Virus record (IMG/VR): IMGVR_UViG_3300042291_000957
Coordinates: 26,420 to 90,419 of that record
Origin: a virus
Length of the DNA stretch: 64,000 bases
Strand: one strand, 5' to 3'
The number at the start of each line of letters is the position of its first letter. The stretch's first letter is position 1. Both the position numbers and the translations under genes were made by a program. This document shows, one piece after another, positions 53,139 to 62,700 of this stretch. The notes beneath the pieces are model-generated. The model did no database searches. It was not told where the DNA came from and worked only from the letters and a program-made list of their open reading frames with translations.

Positions 53139-54958
53139 GCTCTGTCATTATGTTCAATCTCTACCATCATTTTAACAGCTGGAAAATAAATGTAATTAAT
53201 TCCTGAGTTGTAAAGAGTACGCATGGCATCGTCGATGGTTTCAACCAATGGCTCGCCGCCTAGGTTAAAGCTGGTATTAAACAATGCAGGAACACCTGTT
53301 TGATTTTTAAATTCTTTAATCAGATTATACCAATGAAAGTTTTGTTCTTCAGTCACTGTTTGAATTCTACAGGTACCATCAACGTGTATAACTGCTGGAA
53401 TCTTTTCTTTCACGCCCGGCTGACAATTTACAGCATACATCATAGACGGAGAATCTTCCATGCCACGCAGATCAAACCAATCGTGTACATCATCTTGTAA
53501 TACTGATGCAGCAAATGGTCTAAAATATTCTCGTTTTTTAATCAAATTAACAAAATCTTTACCGTCGGCAAATGTTGGATCAAACATCAGTGATCTGTTG
53601 CCTAGTGCTCTAGGACCGTTTTCGCAGCGTTCTTGGAATAGTGCTACGATGTTTTTAGATCTAATAGTCTTAATAACATCTTTGTAATCAACATTTATTG
53701 TTACGCTGCCACTGTATTTGGCCGCAGTTTCTATAACTGCATCTTCAGTGATATGTTGTACCGGACCTAAAAATAAATTTTCATCTTTTGATCTTACTTT
53801 TGTATCTTGAGATGTTTTATAGTAATGATAAAATGCTGCACCCATAGCTGTACCTGCATCGTTCGAAACAGGTTCAACATATATCTTTACACCTTCCGGT
53901 AAGTGCTGTAGATAGAAATAGTTGGCAACACAATTTAAACCATACCCGCCGCTGATAACGATATTTTTATTACCTGTACGTTTAATTGATTTTAGAATCA
54001 AGTCAAGTACTAGTTGTTGCGATTCAGTTTGTACATTGTAGGCCATGTTTCTTCTAGAAGCCAATTGTGTTAGATCTTCTGCATCAGCTTCACGCATTTG
54101 TTGCTCGTACCGCTGCATTTGTCGTTGATCGTTGGGGTCAGTCACTGATCTATGAATTACTTTTGGATCGTACACCCTGTCATCTAGTTCAGCATAGCCT
54201 TCTTCATTGACCAGTGCGCCATTGGGATATGTATTAGTGAATAGATCTTTATTCCCACCAAAATTACCATAAATCTTAGGTGCTTTGTTCGGTTCTCCAT
54301 ACGGAAACAGACCCATAGTTTTACCCGCTTCTATCGAGTCGAATCCACAAAATCTAGTTACTGCTTCATATGCTTTAACAATACCTGTTTTATCATTAAC
54401 TATAACTTCTGTACCGTTCCCATCACTGTTGTAATGTTCAGTCCTCCAAGGTCCGTTGCCTCCAAAATGCTTGTACACTTCCTCAAAGTTTGCAGGGTAT
54501 GAACAATCATATATACTTTCAACTTCAAACATGGTTTGACCGTCGGGGCGTTCAATAAATGTACCTGCCCCATCTACAATAATAGCACTTGCTTTATCAA
54601 ACCCAGATCTATAAAATGCCAACGCGGCGTGACTTCTATGGTGTTGATCGTGATATTTAATTACTTGGGTATTAACATCGTCGATTAATCTCAACTTCCT
54701 AGCAAGTGCAGAATACACATCTTGCCTTACAAAATCGTTTATTGGTTCGTCATGACCTTGTGTGTGAGATATTACCAAATAATCAATCTTGTCAGTATAG
54801 TCAAGAATTTTAATCATACTCGCAAGCGGGCCGCCGTCATATTTGTAGCGAGATAGTCTTTCTTCTTCAATAGAAAATACAATTTGTCCATCTTTTAAAA
54901 GACAAACTCCTGCATTATGCCCTCGAGCAATACCTGCAATGTATCCTGTTTTTTTCAT
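53135..54958 (-). CDS. Carbamoyltransferase (NodU/CmcH/TobZ family)
   Basis: GHN, EEERLSR.K, HH.SHA, DGAG, GKTMGL, SGG..LNCVAN, DAG...GAA, GPRALGNRS, KRE.FRPFA, HVDGT.RIQT and NTSFN..GEPLV motifs. Confidence 0.95.
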   Translation of the reverse strand: MKKTGYIAGIARGHNAGVCLLKDGQIVFSIEEERLSRYKYDGGPLASMIKILDYTDKIDYLVISHTQGHDEPINDFVRQDVYSALARKLRLIDDVNTQVIKYHDQHHRSHAALAFYRSGFDKASAIIVDGAGTFIERPDGQTMFEVESIYDCSYPANFEEVYKHFGGNGPWRTEHYNSDGNGTEVIVNDKTGIVKAYEAVTRFCGFDSIEAGKTMGLFPYGEPNKAPKIYGNFGGNKDLFTNTYPNGALVNEEGYAELDDRVYDPKVIHRSVTDPNDQRQMQRYEQQMREADAEDLTQLASRRNMAYNVQTESQQLVLDLILKSIKRTGNKNIVISGGYGLNCVANYFYLQHLPEGVKIYVEPVSNDAGTAMGAAFYHYYKTSQDTKVRSKDENLFLGPVQHITEDAVIETAAKYSGSVTINVDYKDVIKTIRSKNIVALFQERCENGPRALGNRSLMFDPTFADGKDFVNLIKKREYFRPFAASVLQDDVHDWFDLRGMEDSPSMMYAVNCQPGVKEKIPAVIHVDGTCRIQTVTEEQNFHWYNLIKEFKNQTGVPALFNTSFNLGGEPLVETIDDAMRTLYNSGINYIYFPAVKMMVEIEHNDRA

Positions 54959-54981
54959 TATTTTTCCTTGTGACATTTATT

Positions 54982-55968
54982 TTAAGCACAGCCGGGTGCA
55001 GCACACCCAGCAGCTTGTTTGGGTTCAGCATATGCCTTGGCAGTTTTACTCAATGTAGTTTTAATCCCGTTGGTAATTGTCTTAATAGTTTCGTCATTGA
55101 GCACCATTAGATTTTCATTGTGTCTATCAATCCTAATGTCTATCGCAACTCTTATTGGAGAATACTTTCTTTCGTCTTTGCCGTTATCGATTATAGTAAG
55201 TGTACTGCTACTAGGATACGAAATGTTTTCAGGGAATGTACCGCCTATAACCACTGTGCCCGGTTTCTTTAAGGCATGTGCAATATGCTGTCCCACTGAG
55301 TCGCAGCCCAAGAAATAATCAGCAGCATTGATAATTGCAGTCCATTGTAAAAGACTAACGCTTTCCGGTACCATTACCCCTAATGCTTTGTTTCCAGGAA
55401 TTTTTAACTCGCTCATCATTATAACAGCGTAATTTTTATTCAGTTCTTCAAGTATTTTTATAATATCATCAACTTCGAATGATCTACCACTTTCGTCAAT
55501 GATGGTGTTGCCCTGTAATCCAGCTGTTTTTCCAAATGGTTGGAAGATTACTACTTGTTGCTTTTTAAAATGATTTCTAGCTTCATTGACTAGTTCGTTT
55601 GCTTGTGCAATATCCTTTTTGCCAATAAAAATATCATATTCTTTGGTTTCTGGGATAAGTTCAGGCGGAACATCGTAGTTGATCAACATGTCAAACGCCT
55701 GCACAAGATTGCATCTTTGAGTAAAGTATGCGTTTAGTTTATACGGTTCGGGAGTTATGATTTCTCTATCTTTTAATTTTTCAAAAAGATCTGGGTTTGT
55801 AGCATGATGCACATTATTTGCTAATGTTTTGCTGGTTAAATATAGATCAATCCAACCTTCAACAACAATGACTGCTGTTGGATCAGTGTTTTTAACATAG
55901 TACTCTAGTGCGGGAATGGCGCATAGTACTCGACCTGCGCCGCCATTTATAAAAAATGCTTTTTTCAT
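54982..55968 (-). CDS. GT9-like (heptosyltransferase-type) GT-B glycosyltransferase
   Basis: GGAGRVLCAIPAL (cf. GD.....P.l), IFQPFG and AIINAADYFLGCDSVGQHIAHAL.KP..V..G (cf. GT9 DSG..HlA.A). Confidence 0.7.
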   Translation of the reverse strand: MKKAFFINGGAGRVLCAIPALEYYVKNTDPTAVIVVEGWIDLYLTSKTLANNVHHATNPDLFEKLKDREIITPEPYKLNAYFTQRCNLVQAFDMLINYDVPPELIPETKEYDIFIGKKDIAQANELVNEARNHFKKQQVVIFQPFGKTAGLQGNTIIDESGRSFEVDDIIKILEELNKNYAVIMMSELKIPGNKALGVMVPESVSLLQWTAIINAADYFLGCDSVGQHIAHALKKPGTVVIGGTFPENISYPSSSTLTIIDNGKDERKYSPIRVAIDIRIDRHNENLMVLNDETIKTITNGIKTTLSKTAKAYAEPKQAAGCAAPGCA

Positions 55969-56046
55969 TGATATCGTAACCTTTGCTATCTAGTACGATA
56001 TTTATTTTGAGGGCTAGGCCTCTAAGAATAATGTGAGCGAGCGTTG

Positions 56047-56074
56047 AGTATTGTGCTGTTACCAGCACAATACT
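56047..56074. other. Perfect 12-bp stem-loop between the tail chaperone gene and the modification operon
   Basis: AGTATTGTGCTG-TTAC-CAGCACAATACT (GTAA loop on the minus strand); no U-tract. Confidence 0.7.
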
Positions 56075-56082
56075 ATTGGAAA

Positions 56083-56799
56083 TTAGTAAACGCCTGGGGG
56101 TAGATTTTGTAAAGCATCGGCATCGGAGGCATCTCTGTCTGCGATTCTAATAACCTTAACATGCTCATTTTCAAATTCCATGTTGGGTCCGTCTTCAGGA
56201 CTACGCGGAAATCTTACAAGATATTTAGGAACATCTGCCCAATCTGCAGGAAGGTCTCTAAGTTTTTGTCTATAATCCAGCCATTGTTGTTTTAGAGCTT
56301 CTGGCATATCTGGAGCAATTTTGCCATCACTTGCAGCTAGTCTTGTATCTCTCTCACGTCTAATAAACGCATCATCTCTAATTCTTTTGTTCTCAAAGAA
56401 TTTAAGCGGTGCTGTGTAATCGTCAGTTACAGATTGTTTATCATAAACTATTCTAATATCTGAAGGATCTACAACTGTGGCGTTTGGTTGATCGACTGGA
56501 CCAACCGAAACTTCGTAGATCTTTGGGTCTTCTAATCCGCCGTAGATCAATCCAATTTTGCAGCAGTTTATGTCGGTGTCTGCTTTTAATATTTCTCTTT
56601 TGAGATCTAATGGAAGCGGACGATCAGGTTCGTCTTCTGGTGCAAACGCCTGCATTAAATAGCCAGTTTCTTTATCAAGCCACATGACTATTTCTTCTGG
56701 GCCTTCGTATAACTGTGTACTGGTTTTACCCAACGTATTTTCCAACGAAAATAAGTGATCTGGTATACTGTATGTTAGCATTTTGGTTATCTTTGCCAT
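56083..56799 (-). CDS. Tail fibre assembly chaperone-like protein
   Basis: IRRERD.RL..SD.....D.P......W..YRQ.LRDLP motif; directly downstream of fibre genes. Confidence 0.8.
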   Translation of the reverse strand: MAKITKMLTYSIPDHLFSLENTLGKTSTQLYEGPEEIVMWLDKETGYLMQAFAPEDEPDRPLPLDLKREILKADTDINCCKIGLIYGGLEDPKIYEVSVGPVDQPNATVVDPSDIRIVYDKQSVTDDYTAPLKFFENKRIRDDAFIRRERDTRLAASDGKIAPDMPEALKQQWLDYRQKLRDLPADWADVPKYLVRFPRSPEDGPNMEFENEHVKVIRIADRDASDADALQNLPPGVY

Positions 56800-56809
56800 T
56801 TATTTCTCC

Positions 56810-57637
56810 TTAACTGTACGTTATTCTAACAAGGCCGCCAGCGCCAAAACTGCCCCAGCAGGCACTCGATGAGTCGATTGCGTGGCCTGAGCCGCCACCG
56901 CCTGGGAAAGCTGCGTGTGCTGAACAGCAGGCCAAATTGCCCACGCAGCGATGTTTGCCGCCAATTCCATGAGGTGCAGCCCACGGGCCGCTTGGGCCTC
57001 CTGCTACTGCGAACGCATCAGCACAACAGTTGTATTGGTGATTGTATGATCCAGTTGTGCCTCTAAAACACATGTCGGACCCGTATACTGGCGTATTACA
57101 GGCGTGATTGACCCAACCGGCATTGTAGTTGCCTAGATCGCATTGAGTATTTCCAATGTGGCAGTTATAGCAGTTTGAGATCATGTCCCAAGAAGTTGAC
57201 CCGCCCATGCCGCCGATGGCACAGAAATTGCTGAGACCAGTGCCATTGACAAAACTGGTGCATCCATGTCGACAATTTTGATTACATGAACAGCAGCAGC
57301 TACATTCCGATGAGCCAGCGGCACATACAGTATATGTTGCGCCATCTGCAAATCCATTTACTGATTTTTGCAGGGTTCTTACGCCGTAATTGCCGCCTTG
57401 GCCACCAACTCCGTGATCATGGTCACCACCTGATGAGCCACCTGGGCCGCCACCTGACAGTATTTCAAACTTGATCGACGTGGTTCCATTAGGTACTACA
57501 AAAGCACAACAGCGACCACCATTTAGTGGTGTCCAGTTGTTGGTATTCCAAACATAGATTTCATACTGTTCTGCAATTTTACATTGATGTTGAGCGTTAG
57601 CGTAAATTATTCCTGCACTTGATAAACACGTTGGCAT
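56810..57637 (-). CDS. Cys/Gly-rich tail fibre-like protein, paralogue A (275 aa)
   Basis: VP.G...IKFEILSGGGPG, GGQGGNY and G..GLVRITY Gly-rich fibre motifs; ~24 Cys. Confidence 0.7.
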   Translation of the reverse strand: MPTCLSSAGIIYANAQHQCKIAEQYEIYVWNTNNWTPLNGGRCCAFVVPNGTTSIKFEILSGGGPGGSSGGDHDHGVGGQGGNYGVRTLQKSVNGFADGATYTVCAAGSSECSCCCSCNQNCRHGCTSFVNGTGLSNFCAIGGMGGSTSWDMISNCYNCHIGNTQCDLGNYNAGWVNHACNTPVYGSDMCFRGTTGSYNHQYNCCADAFAVAGGPSGPWAAPHGIGGKHRCVGNLACCSAHAAFPGGGGSGHAIDSSSACWGSFGAGGLVRITYS

Positions 57638-57647
57638 TTATTTCTCC

Positions 57648-58475
57648 TTAACTATATGTTATTCTAACAAGACCACCGGCGCCAAAGCTGCCCCAGCAGG
57701 CACTCGATGAGTCGGTTGCGTGGCCTGCGCCGCCACCACCTGGCCAGGTTGCGTGTGCTGAACAACAGGCCAAATTGCCCACGCAGCGATGTTTGCCGCC
57801 AACTCCATGATTTGTGCTAATTGGTCCGGAAGGTGAGCCTGCAACAGAAAAGTTATCTGCACAACAGTCATATGAAGAATTGTATGATCCAGCTGTGCCT
57901 CTAAAACACATATCAGACCCGTATACTGGTGTATCACAAGCATTATTGCCCCAACCGGCATTGTAGTTACCCACGTTACACTGAACATTACCAATGTGGC
58001 AGTTATAGCAGCTGGAGGTCATATCCCACATAGTAAAGCCACCCATGCCGCCGATGGCACAGAAATTGCTGAGACCAGTGCCATTGACAAAGCTGGTGCA
58101 TCCATGTCGACAATTTTGATTACATGAACAGCAGCAGCTACAATCCGATGAGCCAGCAGCGCATACAGTATATACAGAGCCATCTGTAAATCCATTCACT
58201 GATTTTTGCAATGTTCTTACGCCGTAATTGCCGCCTTGGCCACCGATGCCGTGATCATAGTCACCACCTGACGAGCCACCTGGGCCGCCACCTGACAGTA
58301 TTTCAAACTTGATTGTAGTAGTCCCTGTGGGTACTGTCCACGCACAACACTGGCCACCATTTTGTGGGCTCCAATTGTTGAGATTCCAGATATACTGTTC
58401 TCTTTGTTCTTCGATCCTGCACTTGTGCTGACCGTTGGAAAAAATTATACCGCAATTTGATAATTGTACTGGCAT
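57648..58475 (-). CDS. Cys/Gly-rich tail fibre-like protein, paralogue B (275 aa)
   Basis: Colinear, gap-free paralogue of 56810..57637. Confidence 0.7.
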   Translation of the reverse strand: MPVQLSNCGIIFSNGQHKCRIEEQREQYIWNLNNWSPQNGGQCCAWTVPTGTTTIKFEILSGGGPGGSSGGDYDHGIGGQGGNYGVRTLQKSVNGFTDGSVYTVCAAGSSDCSCCCSCNQNCRHGCTSFVNGTGLSNFCAIGGMGGFTMWDMTSSCYNCHIGNVQCNVGNYNAGWGNNACDTPVYGSDMCFRGTAGSYNSSYDCCADNFSVAGSPSGPISTNHGVGGKHRCVGNLACCSAHATWPGGGGAGHATDSSSACWGSFGAGGLVRITYS

Positions 58476-58477
58476 TT

Positions 58478-59353
58478 TTAATTCTCTCTTTTCATATCTT
58501 CAATTTCTGCTTTTAGAGCCTTGACAGCTTCTATCAGCAAAGGAATTAATTTTTCATACTTTACAGCAAGATATCCATCTTCTCTTTCAACCACAGCTGA
58601 TGGTATTATTTCTTTTACTTCTTGAGCAAGAACTCCTACGTCCAGCATGGTACGTTCTGGATACATTTCTTGCGCAATTTTATTCCAGTGATACTGATAG
58701 CCTGATATTTTTAGTAATTTTTCTAGGCTATTATCAATCTTTGAAATATTCTCTTTCAGTTTAATATCCGAAGCTGCATATGCAACAATTTCTCCGCCTA
58801 CATACATGGCACCAGTTACGCCAACGCCGCCAGTGACTGTTAGTGTTCCGGTAGAGTTGCTGCTGCTGGTCTGAGCACCTAATAAATTCAACTTACCAGT
58901 GCTTGGTTGATATGTCATTTTGGTAGACGACACATTCACGGCAGTTATATTGCCCGATGTAGCTGAGGTGAGCAAAGGATAGTGTAGGGTTGCCGATGTT
59001 GTTTGATCACTGAGTGAAATACCAGCCGATGCAAAACTTAATGTTCCAGAGCCGTTGGTTGAAAGAAGTTGATTGGCTGTGCCGTCAGCGGCAGGCAGTG
59101 TCCATACTAAATTAGCTGATATTGTTGCAGGGGCTTGAAATCCAACGTAATTTGACGAATCACTATCTGCGAATCGCAAATCATTTTGTGCATTTAACTG
59201 AATGTTTGCGGTAGCAACAACTTGTCCAGTTCCGCCCGGACTAAGAGTGATATTCTGATCCGCCGCGGTGGTCAAGGCTTGTTCGGGCGAAATTTGAATA
59301 GATCCTACTAGTGCAGGGCTACCCACAAGTCCGCTATTGATTCTTCTTGCCAT
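58478..59353 (-). CDS. Tail fibre protein with C-terminal peptidase S74 intramolecular chaperone
   Basis: SDIKLKENI, GVLAQEV....P..V and V.YEKLIPLLIEAVKAL motifs. Confidence 0.85.
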   Translation of the reverse strand: MARRINSGLVGSPALVGSIQISPEQALTTAADQNITLSPGGTGQVVATANIQLNAQNDLRFADSDSSNYVGFQAPATISANLVWTLPAADGTANQLLSTNGSGTLSFASAGISLSDQTTSATLHYPLLTSATSGNITAVNVSSTKMTYQPSTGKLNLLGAQTSSSNSTGTLTVTGGVGVTGAMYVGGEIVAYAASDIKLKENISKIDNSLEKLLKISGYQYHWNKIAQEMYPERTMLDVGVLAQEVKEIIPSAVVEREDGYLAVKYEKLIPLLIEAVKALKAEIEDMKREN

Positions 59354-59368
59354 GATCTTATCCTTTTA

Positions 59369-59689
59369 TTAAGCTGTTGCAGTTTCAATACCGTAGACTA
59401 CAGCATTTACACCTATAGCACTTGAGCGAACAACTAATAGTTTTCCGGCATCTAGTACAATACCTGTGCGCTCTAGCACACCTTTAGCTGACAGACTAGT
59501 GTCAAATTCAATATATTCCGAATCTGCTGGTGTGGCTGATGACGATACTGCTACTCTAACGGTAGCTGCCGAAGCACCTCTGTTTACTATATTGACAGTT
59601 ACTACTGAAAATGTGCTTGCGGGTACTGTATACAGCGTAGTATTCGTTGCCGCTGCTAGATCTGCTATTCCTAATCTTCCTGTTGCCAT
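59369..59689 (-). CDS. Small virion structural protein
   Basis: TTLYTVP...VNR... beta-sandwich-like sequence; late motif plus GGAG RBS. Confidence 0.6.
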   Translation of the reverse strand: MATGRLGIADLAAATNTTLYTVPASTFSVVTVNIVNRGASAATVRVAVSSSATPADSEYIEFDTSLSAKGVLERTGIVLDAGKLLVVRSSAIGVNAVVYGIETATA

Positions 59690-59711
59690 AATGTATTCTC
59701 CATGTATTTAT

Positions 59712-62700
59712 TTAGCTTAAAAAGTAATTGAATGCTATAGGTATGCCTATGACTCCGCCTCTGAACTCAAAGACTGCATTCATCTTGATTGGTCCTGCTG
59801 TTACCGTAGTTATCACGTTTGAGCTGATAAAAATACTACCTGCTGTTACGGAGTTAACATTCAAGCTGGCACCACCACCGCCAATCTGTCCGGCGATATA
59901 TGCTTTGATTGCTCGTTGTGTGGGTACGATGTTATCTGAATCTGCTGTAAAGAACGGGTCTGTTGAAAATTCAGTGATTGTAGCTGACCCACCTCCCAGT
60001 GTTACGTTGCCCAGGTTAAGTTCTTGCAGTCCTGAAATATTAAACGCATCTGCATTTAATGTAGCAATACCAGTTGATTGTTCAATGGCAAACAAATCGC
60101 CAACTCGGAAGTTACCGTCTTGGTCAGTACTTGTAAAGAACACTCTACCCCCACCATTTTCTACTGTTTCATTTGCAGGAATTGCCGATTGTAGTGGTAT
60201 TCCTGGATAATTAGTATCGATGAAGCTGCCTGTACCTATGTCTAAGAAGTCATGTCCTGTAAGTCGAACTTGGCTGTATTTCAGTCGCGTAGTAACATCT
60301 GTGCCGTCAGGTGGCGCTTCTGATATGGTTAGTTGCGGGCTGATCTGTAAAAACGCTGTGTAGGCGCCGTCGTTAGTGCCCAAGAATGTAATCACGTTGA
60401 CTAACTTGAAAGTTCTGTCAGGTAAATGACTGAACACCACATTTGCACCTGGTGTAGGACGTTCAAAAAGTCTGCGAGTGGCCACAAAAGTGCCAGGTTG
60501 AAACAGATCTGAATAACCATCACCGGTATCTACTTCACCGCTGCCTGTGACAAACTGTGTGCCCCTGTTTACAAAACTAGGATTAGCCAATACACCACTG
60601 TTTTTCCTTACTGTCACAGGAGATTCAAACGTGTTGTTAGGATCGGTAAATGTGATTGTAGGCACAGTAGCGTAGCCTGATCCAGGTTCTGTGATATTGA
60701 CCTGGAATAGTTTGTCAGCGGCCACTTTGGCTCGACCTCTAGCAGTAGCGCCGGTTCTGATATATGTAGCTACATCACCTGTGCTGCCACCGACTCCCAC
60801 AAACAAGCCGTAACGATTTCTATTACCAAAAGTGATTGCTGAGAAACCACTAGCAGCCGTAGAAGTAGTTCTGGTTGTCCATGTCACTCCATCTGGCGAT
60901 GTAGCTGCTGCTGTAGTTGTGCTCACTGCAAGGAATACTCCCTGACCGTAAGTGACTTTAGTCCAAACTGCTGTAGCTGGTAATGTGCTGGCTGTCCAAG
61001 TTATACCGTCTAAACTATAAGCAGCAATAGTACCGCTAGTGCTTGAAATAGCAACGAATCTGTTGTTACCGTAAGCGATGCTGTTCCAGTTTGAGCTAGA
61101 AGGCAATGTGCCTGCAGTCCAAGTGCCTGTGACTGTGGTCGATGTAGCATAATTAGTTACGTTGGTACCACTCTTGATTGCAACAAATCTGTTTTTGCCG
61201 TAAGCGATAGCTGTAAATCCAGTGGTAGTTAATGTACCAGTTTGATCCCAATTTTCACCGTCATTGCTGATTCGTACTGTGGTTACATCACTGCTAACAG
61301 CTACAAATTTTTGTTTACCAAAAGCCACATCAACCCATGTAGCAGAAGTCTGCATGCTAGTTGCTGACCAAGTAATACCATCATCACTGTATGCTCCAGT
61401 GGTATTAGCACTAGTGCCAACCACGGCAACAAATTTGCTGACCTTGCCTACAGAAGAACTGTCGTCAAACAGGCCTGCAGTCATTGCTGACCATGCTGCT
61501 GCGCTAGGCATCAAGCTGGCTCTAGTAGTCCATGCTACTCCATCTTCTGAAGTTGCACCTACTGTGCTTCCGCTTCTTAAGGCCACATATCTACCACCAA
61601 TACCGTAACCGCTGTGATCAAATTCTAAGATAGCACCTGTGGTAGAATTCACTGCGGTGATTGTAATCACTAGATCGTTAGCAGTTGTAGTGCCGCCTAG
61701 GCTGGTACCTAATATGGTTATGGTCTCTAATCTAGTATAACCTGTTCCAGCACCTTGAATAGATGGTATATATTTCCATCCATTACGTATCACTGTGAAG
61801 GTAGCTCCTGTGCCCGAACCTGCATATGTTCCTGTTACCGTAGTATACACAGAAGTAGTTTCACCGTATTTCGCAGCGGTCCATGTGCCTGAAGTTGGCA
61901 GTGTGACTGCTGTGCTGGCATATCCAGGCGCTGAGAACGTTACTCTAGGTTCAATAATATATGTAGTAGAAGCATCAGGCGATGTAATTGCAGTGCCCGC
62001 AACCAAATGATCAAATCCTGCTGTGCCGTCTGATTCTTTAAGTAATCCTGCTACTTTAGTGCCTGAATTATATGTGTTAATGATACCAAACTGACCAACA
62101 CCTGCGCCACCTGTTAACACAATCTTCATACCTATGTAGGCAGTGCTAGATTCACCGTCTGTAGCAGCAATGGTCACTGAAGTAGAAGTGCCGCCCTGTG
62201 CAGTATTGGAGTTGGTTATGTAACCAAAGCCTCCAAGATTGCCTTCTGCCTCTGGGGCATTTGTACTGTCATCAACAAGATCCAACATGCGAACTTCAAA
62301 TACAGCATCGTCACGGAATTCATCATTCTCAACAACTTGCCCACTTCCGCCACCTGTGAGTGTATAACTGACTTCTGTGTAATCTATACCTGCATTTTGG
62401 AATTCTATTTGCAGCAAGGCAGATCCGTCAGTGATCACACGATCAATCACTGCTTCAAACTGTAGTCTGTTGTCAACTACTCCAGTTCCTGCAGTTTCGG
62501 TTGCATCAAAACCTTCTGCTACGGATCCAAAATCACCGTATGAGTTGTTACCGTTGGTTGCTCTGATTCGACCACCGTTTTCTGCTAGATATGCAATGTG
62601 GGCGTAATAGCTAAACACGGACACTAATTCAGCACGACCGTTGTTGGTAATCCAAGCGCCAATACCGTCTGATATTACCTGTGTAAAGTCGTTGGAAACA

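Noticed and set aside
56047-56074. Intrinsic terminator or tRNA fragment
   Set aside because: Strong stem but no U-tract on either strand and no cloverleaf; kept only as an unexplained stem-loop.
56810-58475. Diversity-generating retroelement template/variable repeat pair
   Set aside because: Both copies are full ORFs with RBSs, the differences I checked are not adenine-specific (C/T and T/C changes occur), and there is no reverse transcriptase in the window.
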